The notes beneath the pieces were generated by a model, which had not been told where the DNA came from, did not search any database, and worked only from the letters and a program-made list of their open reading frames with translations. This document shows positions 1 to 5,609 of a stretch of 7,047 bases of DNA, one piece after another. Every line of letters starts with the position of its first letter. The first letter of the stretch is position 1. The position numbers and the translations under genes were made by a program. Source of the stretch: a plasmid. The stretch is taken from NCBI RefSeq assembly GCF_053078305.1, contig NZ_CP166877.1; one strand, 5' to 3'.

Positions 1-1599
1 ATGATAGTTAAGTTTCATGCCAGGGGAAAAGGCGGTGGCAGTGGTCCGGTTGATTACCTGCTGGGCCGGGAGCGTAACCGGGAAGGGGCGAGAGTTCTGC
101 GGGGTGCTCCCGAAGAGGTGCGGGAACTCATCGATGCCACGCCGTTTGCGAAAAAATACACCTCGGGGGTTCTGTCTTTTGCAGAGCAGACCCTGCCACC
201 GGGAGAGCGTGAAAGGGTGATGGAGAGCTTTGAGCGGGTACTGATGCCCGGTCTTGAAAAAAATCAGTACAGCATCCTGTGGGTGGAGCACCAGGACAAG
301 GGGCGTCTTGAGCTGAATTTTGTCATCCCGAATATGGAGCTGGCGAGCGGAAAACGGCTCCAGCCCTATTACGACCGGGCGGACCGTCCGCGAATCAATG
401 CCTGGCAGACACTGGTGAATCACCATTACGGGCTGCACGACCCGAACGCACCGGAGAACAGGCGGACACTTGTCACCCCGAATAATCTGCCGAAAGCGAA
501 ACAGGAGGCCGCAGAAGCGATTACGAGGGGACTGGAGGCTCTTTACCATGCCGGAGCGCTAAAAACGCGTCAGGATGTCACTGAGGCGCTTACAGCGGCA
601 GGTTTTGAGGTGGTGAGGACAACCAGGAGCAGTATCAGTATCGCCGACCCGGAGGGCGGGCGTAATCTCAGGCTGAAAGGGGCGCTGTATGAGCAATCTT
701 TTACAAATGGGGACAGACTTCGAGAAGAAACTGAAAGAGCGTGCCGTCTCTACAGAGAACATGCTGAACAGCGAGTTCAGGAAGCTCGAAGCGTCTGTAG
801 ACAGGGAACTGAACTTAAACGGGCAGAAAATCAGAGACGCTATCAGCGCACACACAGCAGCGGTGAAAGAACAACTGGAGACGCTGAACAGTGCCGTGAA
901 CGCGCAGTTCAGCGCCACAGAGAACGAACTGGCCCGGCGGCAGGAAGAGCTGCTCTGGAAGCTGATCAAAGGGCGGATACTGTACCCGTCGCTGACGGCG
1001 CTTTGCGTCACGGGCGGGATTTTTCTGGCGTCATGGGGGCTGATTCAGTGGCAGGAAAGCCGTATTGCGGCGAACATCCTGGCTATCAGGGACCAGGAAG
1101 AGACGCTGGCGAAACTCCGGGAAAAAACATGGGGTGTGACGTATCACGAGGGCAGGAACGGGAAATTTCTGGTGCTGCCGTCCGGGGTGAAGGGGGAAAA
1201 CAACTGGACGGTGGAGAAGAAGAACGCAGTAAGACTGGTCAGGGAGTAAGTGAGTATGACAGAGCTGGAAATGCACTTACTGAACGCCTTAGAGCAATTG
1301 CAGCAGGACTATACGCAGCGGCTGAAAGACTGGGAGAGCGCCTTCACGGATTTGCAGCATATGTTCGAGCTGACACGACAGGAGAACGGGCAACTGAGGG
1401 AACAGTGCGACGACTTGAGTCAGCAGGTGCAGAGATTAGCCGGGCAGGTGGACCGCTTGAGTCGGTTATTTATCACGAACAGCAGATAAGGGATGAACAG
1501 GAAAGGCAGGCACGCCTGGAACGGGAGCGTGCGCGGTCCTGGCATGAAGAGCAGGAACGGGAAGTACGGGTATGGCGTGGCCCGTCAATGGGGATGTGA
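1..1599 (+). CDS. mbeA: Mobilization relaxase MbeA (MobA-like, HEN-type relaxase of ColE1-family plasmids)
   Basis: 532-aa ORF starting at base 1. The N-terminus MIVKFHARGKGGGSGPVDYLLGRE matches the ColE1 MbeA N-terminus as I recall it, including the catalytic Tyr in VDYLLG. A His/Glu/Asn motif (WVEHQDKGRLELNFV) fits the HEN relaxase signature. The C-terminal third is low-complexity Arg/Glu-rich and hosts the nested mbeB/mbeD frames. Confidence 0.9.
   Translation: MIVKFHARGKGGGSGPVDYLLGRERNREGARVLRGAPEEVRELIDATPFAKKYTSGVLSFAEQTLPPGERERVMESFERVLMPGLEKNQYSILWVEHQDKGRLELNFVIPNMELASGKRLQPYYDRADRPRINAWQTLVNHHYGLHDPNAPENRRTLVTPNNLPKAKQEAAEAITRGLEALYHAGALKTRQDVTEALTAAGFEVVRTTRSSISIADPEGGRNLRLKGALYEQSFTNGDRLREETERACRLYREHAEQRVQEARSVCRQGTELKRAENQRRYQRTHSSGERTTGDAEQCRERAVQRHRERTGPAAGRAALEADQRADTVPVADGALRHGRDFSGVMGADSVAGKPYCGEHPGYQGPGRDAGETPGKNMGCDVSRGQEREISGAAVRGEGGKQLDGGEEERSKTGQGVSEYDRAGNALTERLRAIAAGLYAAAERLGERLHGFAAYVRADTTGERATEGTVRRLESAGAEISRAGGPLESVIYHEQQIRDEQERQARLERERARSWHEEQEREVRVWRGPSMGM
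689..1249 (+). CDS. mbeB: Mobilization protein MbeB, nested inside mbeA in the +2 frame
   Basis: 186-aa ORF wholly inside mbeA in another frame, which is the classic ColE1 mob arrangement. ATG start is preceded by AAGGGG about 8 nt upstream. The product has a hydrophobic segment (LTALCVTGGIFLASWGLI) consistent with a membrane-associated accessory protein. Confidence 0.75.
   Translation: MSNLLQMGTDFEKKLKERAVSTENMLNSEFRKLEASVDRELNLNGQKIRDAISAHTAAVKEQLETLNSAVNAQFSATENELARRQEELLWKLIKGRILYPSLTALCVTGGIFLASWGLIQWQESRIAANILAIRDQEETLAKLREKTWGVTYHEGRNGKFLVLPSGVKGENNWTVEKKNAVRLVRE
1256..1489 (+). CDS. mbeD: Mobilization protein MbeD (reported entry-exclusion role in ColE1), nested in the mbeA 3' region
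   Basis: Same +2 frame as mbeB, directly after the mbeB stop (TAA 1247-1249). The ORF track starts it at GTG 1250, but ATG 1256 has the better Shine-Dalgarno spacing (GGGAG 1242-1246, 9-nt spacer), so the start is placed at 1256 (alternative 1250). Product is a 77-79 aa coiled-coil-like protein (MTELEMHLLNALEQLQQDYTQRL...). Confidence 0.7.
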   Translation: MTELEMHLLNALEQLQQDYTQRLKDWESAFTDLQHMFELTRQENGQLREQCDDLSQQVQRLAGQVDRLSRLFITNSR

Positions 1600-1759
1600 C
1601 GGTGAGTTGTTCCGGGAGGTTGCCAGATGGTACCGGAACGCGTTAAAAACGCATCCGGGCGCGATTCTGGCGTGTCGTTTTTGTTGCTGTGTTTTGCCTC
1701 TTTGCCAGATCGCGCTCATTCCTCAGCCTCATCCCGCGATGTCTGCGTATGTCATCAAC

Positions 1760-1939
1760 TGAAAAGATGGAAAAAAAACAGTGTCATGAGGTTTACGCAG
1801 GCAAAACCAGCGTTATTCACATGGCTGAATAGCTATGCATACGGTTAAAATTTATCAGGTGCGATCGCGGCAGCTTTTCGGGTGGTTTGTTGCCATTTTT
1901 ACCTGTCTGCTGCCGTGATCGCGATGAACGCGTTTCAGC
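1760..1939 (+). promoter_or_regulatory. cer accessory sequences (PepA/ArgR-binding region), with a candidate ARG box near 1825-1841
   Basis: Lies immediately upstream of the XerC-side of the cer core, as in ColE1 cer. TGAATAGCTATGCAT at about 1826-1840 resembles the ARG-box consensus (TGAAT-4-ATTCA) and sits about 115 bp upstream of the crossover region. Extent of the accessory region is approximate. Confidence 0.5.
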
Positions 1940-1969
1940 GGTGCGTACAATTAAGGGATTATGGTAAAT
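1940..1969 (+). other. cer-type XerC/XerD recombination core (multimer resolution site)
   Basis: GGTGCGTACAA-TTAAGGGA-TTATGGTAAAT at 1940-1969 matches the ColE1 cer core as I remember it: 11-bp XerC arm, 8-bp central region, 11-bp XerD arm. Confidence 0.85.
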
Positions 1970-1972
1970 CCC

Positions 1973-2395
1973 TTACTGTCTGCCCTCGTATCCATCGAGA
2001 TAAACCGCAGAAATGGTGTCTGCCATTAGTTTCATTTTTTTCGGCGAAGGCATATCGCTGTTTGTGTATTTTCTGCCAGCAAAGGTTGTTGTGCTCCGGA
2101 GTGAGTGAAAAAATTTTTCTGAGTGGAATTCTTTTACACGTTGCTGTGCCGTTTCTGCTGATACTCCGGCTGCTTTGTCTTTCACCCCCATATCCCGGAA
2201 CTGCTGAAAGAACGGGAGCATCATACGTATGGTGTCTGCTTTCTGGGTGTAGAAGTTAGGATCAAATCCATCATCTGAAGCATAAACATAATGCCGGGTA
2301 TGTCGTTCCAGGCTGGTCTTTGGTGTGCATCCTGTAAGAGCTATTGTTGCTGTTATCAGAGGTATCAGAAGCAGCCTGGCAGCGGCAGATCTCAT
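1973..2395 (-). CDS. Putative outer-membrane lipoprotein of unknown function (possibly the Exc1-like ORF of ColE1-type plasmids)
   Basis: ORF 1973..2401 (-). The N-terminus has a signal peptide and lipobox (LLLIPLITATIALTG-C). Residue +2 after the Cys is Thr, not Asp, suggesting outer-membrane sorting. Start is placed at the second ATG (2395) because AAGGAG lies 6 nt upstream of it; the first ATG at 2401 abuts the SD. No catalytic motif recognised. Confidence 0.6.
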   Translation of the reverse strand: MRSAAARLLLIPLITATIALTGCTPKTSLERHTRHYVYASDDGFDPNFYTQKADTIRMMLPFFQQFRDMGVKDKAAGVSAETAQQRVKEFHSEKFFHSLRSTTTFAGRKYTNSDMPSPKKMKLMADTISAVYLDGYEGRQ

Positions 2396-2516
2396 AAACA
2401 TCTCCTTGCGTTTTTAATCTTGATACTCAGGGAGTTATATCTCCGAAGAGTATCTCTTATCATACGTCGGTTTACTCCCAATGTGATTTTATGGTCAATG
2501 AGTCAGGAATAATCCC

Positions 2517-2795
2517 GTGAAAAAATGTGTGCCAGTCCTGCTTTTTAGTGTTCTTTCTGCTTCGGTTGCCAGTCATGCGGACAGCAATGTTTTTCAACAA
2601 AAGGCCGAGAAGACAAAAAACGGCATTGTTGCGGATGTTAATGCCAGACAGAAAATGTTCAGTAACAGACTGAAGATACAACTTCAGATCGATGAGTTGA
2701 GAGCAGAGCTGGCTGGCACCAGAGATGCCCAAAAAAGAGAGGATTTGCGTAAAAAACTGGAGTCTCTGGAGCGGCAAAAGAAATCCTTACGCTGA
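2517..2795 (+). CDS. Small exported coiled-coil protein (Sec signal peptide), function unknown
   Basis: 92-aa ORF with GTG start at 2517 and AGGA 8 nt upstream. N-terminus MKKCVPVLLFSVLSASVASHA|DS is a typical signal peptide with an A-x-A-like cleavage site. The mature ~71-aa part is highly charged and heptad-like (LKIQLQIDELRAELAGTRDAQKREDLRKKLESLERQKK). The antisense ORF 2472..2777 looks non-protein-like, which favours this strand. Confidence 0.5.
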   Translation: MKKCVPVLLFSVLSASVASHADSNVFQQKAEKTKNGIVADVNARQKMFSNRLKIQLQIDELRAELAGTRDAQKREDLRKKLESLERQKKSLR

Positions 2796-3104
2796 TGGGG
2801 GCGTATTTTCCCCGGTTTCTTCCATAACCTTTTTACCGTTCAGATATTTACGGGCGAGGCGAATGCGTCTTGCCTGGTATACCGCTGAGTAAGCCTGGGT
2901 GGGATTCACACCATTACTGATTTCACTGACCACATGACGCTGATCAGCCAGTGTCAGCGTGTAAACCTGTTTCTGGATGAGGTCACGGGCTTTGTCATAC
3001 TCATATCCGGCAGCAACAAGGGTGTCGAGAAGTCGTTTGTCTGTTTTGTTCAGTTTATGGCGGGGTGATTTGCTCACATCGTTCTCCGTTTTTTCATGAT
3101 CCAA
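2787..3104 (-). CDS. Small basic protein, possibly DNA-binding (HTH-like), function unknown
   Basis: ORF-track ORF of 105 aa that begins at a TTG (RC of 3102-3104). A more plausible start is the in-frame GTG at 3077 (codon 10), with GGAG 6 nt upstream, giving a 96-aa product. The sequence is Lys/Arg-rich with a helix-turn-helix-like stretch (VVSEISNGVNPTQAYSAVYQARRIRLARKYL). Its 3' end overlaps the convergent 92-aa gene by 9 nt. Confidence 0.45.
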   Translation of the reverse strand: MDHEKTENDVSKSPRHKLNKTDKRLLDTLVAAGYEYDKARDLIQKQVYTLTLADQRHVVSEISNGVNPTQAYSAVYQARRIRLARKYLNGKKVMEETGENTPPSA

Positions 3105-3209
3105 CAGTTTTATATCTCATCCTGATTTGCTCCGGTGTTCTGTTTCGACGTTCTCAATGCCTGCCTCCCCATAGTGTGATCCTTATTGCAAAAATGAAAA
3201 TCCATGCTC

Positions 3210-3238
3210 TTGACACGGACAATGCTGAGTAGTAGGTT
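3210..3238 (+). promoter_or_regulatory. Colicin operon sigma70 promoter (-35 TTGACA 3210-3215; putative -10 TAGGTT 3233-3238)
   Basis: Consensus -35 TTGACA, a 17-bp spacer and an imperfect -10, immediately upstream of the tandem LexA boxes and about 80 bp upstream of the colicin ATG. This is the usual colicin promoter architecture. Confidence 0.7.
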
Positions 3239-3242
3239 TTCA

Positions 3243-3273
3243 CTGTACATAAAACCAGTGGTTATATGTACAG
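3243..3273 (+). promoter_or_regulatory. Tandem LexA (SOS) operators overlapping by 1 bp
   Basis: CTGTACATAAAACCAG (3243-3258) and GTGGTTATATGTACAG (3258-3273), each close to CTGT-N8-ACAG. The double overlapping SOS box is the hallmark of colicin promoters, and the arrangement is near-identical to the colicin E1 operator as I recall it. Confidence 0.85.
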
Positions 3274-3317
3274 TATGCTGTTTTTAATTTATTGTTTTAA
3301 TTATCAAAGAGGAATTT

Positions 3318-4964
3318 ATGGCTAAAGAACTAAGTGGATATGGCCCAACTGCTGGTGAGTCTATGGGGGGAACAGGGGCGAATCTGAATCAGCAAGGTGG
3401 AAATAATAATAGTAATAGTGGGGTTCACTGGGGTGGTGGCTCTGGGCATGGTAATAATGGTGGTCAGGGAAATTCAAATTCATCTGGTTCTACATCAACT
3501 GTGATGAAAACCGGTGAGTCATATCTGACTCCGTGGGGTGATGTTGTCATTAATAATGATGGCCTTCCGGTGATGAATGGTATTGTTATGACAGAAGAGA
3601 ATTCAACTCTGGTTGATAATCCATTTGGAGGGGTCTCCAGAGTTCTTAATTCTTTAATTAGTGATATGCCATCACTTTTTGCAGAAAGCTCAGGAAATAA
3701 CAACAATAACACTGCTTCAGTTAATACTGCACCAACGAATGCTCAGGTCAGTGATATGGATAAGAGTTCGAAGGTGGTGGGTAATGTAATTAATGAAAAA
3801 CAAAAGCAGAAGAATAAAATTGCTACACAGATTAGTGAAAAACAGAAGAAAATAGAGGAGATGAAAAAAGTATTCAAGCATCATTCTTATCATGGTATCA
3901 CTGATCTTGAGAGGGATGTTGATGAGTTGCAAAAAAAATCAAATCAGCTTGATGCAGATATTAGCAAACTTAATTCTTATAAAAATACATTGCAAAGTAA
4001 AATTGGTGATGTGAATAAACAGAAGGAAGCTGAAGAAAAGGCTCGTGAAAATGCAGAGGTCGCTGAACATGAAACTCTTAATGAAGAGAAACAGGCGGTG
4101 GTGGAAGCAGAGAAGCGTTTAGATGAGGCGAAAGCTGAACTGGCGAAGGCTGAAAGTGATGTACAGAGTAAGCAAGCTACTGTTTCCAGAGTTGCAGGAG
4201 AGCTTGAAAACGCTCAGAAGAGTGTTGACGTGAAGGTCACCGGATTTCCGGGATGGCGTGACGTTCAGAAAAAACTACAGCGTCAGCTTGAAGCTAAGCA
4301 GGCTGAGTACTCCGCAGTTGAAAATGAACTTAAGAATGCTGTTAGTTTCAGGGATGGCAAGGCTGCTGAGGTAAAAGAGGCAGAGCAGAAATTAAAAGAA
4401 GCTCAGGATGCTCTTGAAAAGAGCCAGATAAAAGATGCTGTTGATACTATGGTTGGGTTTTATCAATATATAACCGAACAATATGGAGAAAAATACGCAA
4501 AAATTGCTCAGGATTTAGCGGAAAAGTCTAAAGGAAAGAAAATTCAAGGTGTTGATGAAGCTCTGGCAGCATTTGAAAAGTATAAAAATGTACTGGATAA
4601 GAAATTCAGTAAAGTTGATCGGGATGCTATTTTTAATGCGTTAGAGTCTGTTACTTATGATGAGTGGGCAAAGCATCTAGAAAAGATCTCTAAGGCTCTT
4701 AAGGTTACCGGATATTTGTCTTTCGGGAATGATGTATGGGATGGTACCCGGAAGGGATTAGAAACAGGAGACTGGAGGCCTTTATTTGTCACTCTGGAGA
4801 AGAGTGCGGTAGATTTCGGAGTGGCAAAAATTGTGGCATTAATGTTCAGTTTTATTGCTGGTGCTCCTCTTGGTTTCTGGGGGATTGCTATTATCACTGG
4901 TATTGTTTCTTCTTACATAGGGGATGATGAGCTGAACAAACTTAATGAGTTGTTAGGGATTTAA
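3318..4964 (+). CDS. cka: Pore-forming colicin of the E1/K/5/10 family; length and organisation best fit colicin K
   Basis: 548-aa ORF with AAGAGG SD 5 nt upstream. It has the three expected parts: a Gly/Asn/Ser-rich low-complexity N-terminal translocation domain, a long Lys/Glu-rich coiled-coil central region, and a C-terminal channel domain closely resembling the colicin E1 pore domain as I recall it ([59 protein letters not shown], then the hydrophobic hairpin [33 protein letters not shown]). Colicin K is 548 aa; the specific K assignment is from memory. Confidence 0.92.
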   Translation: MAKELSGYGPTAGESMGGTGANLNQQGGNNNSNSGVHWGGGSGHGNNGGQGNSNSSGSTSTVMKTGESYLTPWGDVVINNDGLPVMNGIVMTEENSTLVDNPFGGVSRVLNSLISDMPSLFAESSGNNNNNTASVNTAPTNAQVSDMDKSSKVVGNVINEKQKQKNKIATQISEKQKKIEEMKKVFKHHSYHGITDLERDVDELQKKSNQLDADISKLNSYKNTLQSKIGDVNKQKEAEEKARENAEVAEHETLNEEKQAVVEAEKRLDEAKAELAKAESDVQSKQATVSRVAGELENAQKSVDVKVTGFPGWRDVQKKLQRQLEAKQAEYSAVENELKNAVSFRDGKAAEVKEAEQKLKEAQDALEKSQIKDAVDTMVGFYQYITEQYGEKYAKIAQDLAEKSKGKKIQGVDEALAAFEKYKNVLDKKFSKVDRDAIFNALESVTYDEWAKHLEKISKALKVTGYLSFGNDVWDGTRKGLETGDWRPLFVTLEKSAVDFGVAKIVALMFSFIAGAPLGFWGIAIITGIVSSYIGDDELNKLNELLGI

Positions 4965-5251
4965 TATCTCTTTAGAGTGTAATATATGAAACTTGGCAAT
5001 CCTACTGGGATTGCCATTGCCAGGTAAAGTAAATAAAAAAGGTTGTATGAGTACCAAGGCTCTTTTTTTATGTTTGTCGTCTTTTGTATAAAAGAAAATA
5101 TCGTTAGTTTTGAATATGGGTATAGTAATACATGTATTGATGCAAAAAATATAAAAGCTAGAGATATATCATTGTTATAGTTAAGTGTTAAATATAATAA
5201 CCATGGCAGAAGTGATTCAGGTAAATTATGTAGGTAGTATTTTAGATACAT
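4961..5251 (-). CDS. cki: Colicin immunity protein (pore-former type, integral membrane)
   Basis: 96-aa ORF convergent with the colicin gene. It is very hydrophobic and AT-rich with about three predicted transmembrane segments ([12 protein letters not shown]..., [16 protein letters not shown]..., [23 protein letters not shown]). Position and opposite orientation between colicin and lysis genes are typical of pore-forming colicin immunity genes. Its stop overlaps the colicin stop in TTAA (4961-4964). Confidence 0.85.
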   Translation of the reverse strand: MYLKYYLHNLPESLLPWLLYLTLNYNNDISLAFIFFASIHVLLYPYSKLTIFSFIQKTTNIKKEPWYSYNLFYLLYLAMAIPVGLPSFIYYTLKRY

Positions 5252-5275
5252 AATTTTTTCTTTTGTTGGAGGTGT

Positions 5276-5407
5276 ATGAAAATAGTGCTTTTTCTAATTA
5301 CAATATTATCCTTGTCAGGATGTCAAGCAAACTATATTCGTGATGTACAAGGAGGAACCGTTGCGCCATCTTCGTCTTCTGAACTGACGGGGATCGCGGT
5401 TCAGTAG
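5276..5407 (+). CDS. ckl: Colicin lysis (release) lipoprotein
   Basis: Not in the ORF track because it is short. Manual translation gives [43 protein letters not shown] (43 aa): signal peptide, lipobox LSG-C, and the conserved mature motif [11 protein letters not shown] typical of colicin lysis proteins. GGAGG lies just upstream. Confidence 0.85.
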   Translation: MKIVLFLITILSLSGCQANYIRDVQGGTVAPSSSSELTGIAVQ

Positions 5408-5415
5408 AAAAGATC

Positions 5416-5441
5416 AAAGGATCTCTTGAGATCCTTTTTTT
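5416..5441 (+). terminator. Rho-independent terminator-like hairpin plus T-run at the end of the colicin operon
   Basis: AAAGGATCTC-TT-GAGATCCTTT inverted repeat followed by TTTTTTT, 9 nt after the lysis gene stop. The same motif occurs at the equivalent place in pMB1/pBR322. It overlaps the RNAII promoter -35. Confidence 0.5.
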
Positions 5442-5454
5442 CTGCGCGTAATCT
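5426..5454 (+). promoter_or_regulatory. RNAII (replication primer) promoter: -35 TTGAGA (5426-5431), -10 TAATCT (5449-5454)
   Basis: Matches the ColE1/pMB1 RNAII promoter context (TTGAGATCCTTTTTTTCTGCGCGTAATCTGCTGC), with a 17-bp spacer. Confidence 0.7.
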
Positions 5455-5467
5455 GCTGCCTGTAAAC

Positions 5468-5573
5468 GAAAAAACCCGCCTTGTGGCGGGTTCTTCCGTC
5501 CGATCAGAAGTCTTCGACCTCTTCTAATCGGCGGTGGTAACTGGCTATCGCAGAGCACAGGTACCTAAATTGT
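5468..5573 (-). ncRNA. RNAI antisense copy-number control RNA
   Basis: The reverse complement reads ACAAUUUAGGUACCUGUGCUCUGCGAUAGCCAGUUACC..CCGAUUAGAAGAGGUCGAAGACUUCUGAUCGG..AACCCGCCACAAGGCGGGUUUUUU. This gives three stem-loops and a terminal hairpin plus U-run, homologous in layout to pMB1 RNAI but with different stem and loop sequences. Confidence 0.8.
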
Positions 5574-5579
5574 CCTTCT

Positions 5580-5609
5580 AGTGTAGTCAAAATCAGACTG
5601 ATACTTCAA
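5580..5609 (-). promoter_or_regulatory. RNAI promoter (minus strand: -35 TTGAAG = RC of 5604-5609; -10 TACACT = RC of 5580-5585)
   Basis: Conserved with the pMB1 RNAI promoter (TTGAAG ... CTACACTAGAAGGACA) and correctly spaced from the inferred RNAI 5' end at about 5573. Confidence 0.65.

Noticed and set aside
17-1276. ORF-track ORFs 17..220 (+), 559..1011 (-) and 1031..1276 (-) inside mbeA
   Set aside because: They lie entirely within the well-supported mbeA/mbeB coding region, in other frames or antisense. Their translations are Cys/Ser/Pro-rich and not protein-like, and they have no ribosome-binding sites. They are shadow ORFs of a GC-rich gene.
1493-1848. ORFs 1493..1762 (+) and 1627..1848 (+) between mbeD and the cer core (possible mbeE?)
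   Set aside because: The first overlaps the mbeA 3' end; the second runs through the cer accessory region. Both products are Cys/Arg-rich with no convincing SD or recognisable features. I cannot support a gene here, though a small mob-associated ORF cannot be excluded without homology searches.
1882-2777. ORFs 1882..2259 (+), 2291..2512 (+) and 2472..2777 (-)
   Set aside because: They are antisense to or overlap the better-supported lipoprotein and exported-protein genes. Their translations are Cys/Leu-rich and low-complexity, typical of shadow frames.
3464-4927. ORFs 3464..3712 (-), 3717..3932 (-), 4655..4897 (-) and 4736..4927 (+) inside the colicin gene
   Set aside because: They are wholly contained in the colicin coding region, which is strongly supported on the + strand in frame 3318. 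They are AT-rich shadow ORFs.
5040-5070. T-run (GGCTCTTTTTTTATG) considered as a terminator
   Set aside because: There is no convincing GC-rich stem immediately upstream on either strand. It lies inside the immunity gene on the opposite strand and is most likely just AT-rich coding sequence.
5298-5558. ORF 5298..5558 (-), 86 aa
   Set aside because: It runs antisense across the lysis gene and the RNAI/RNAII promoter region. That region is accounted for by the lysis CDS, the terminator and RNAI, so a protein gene here is implausible.
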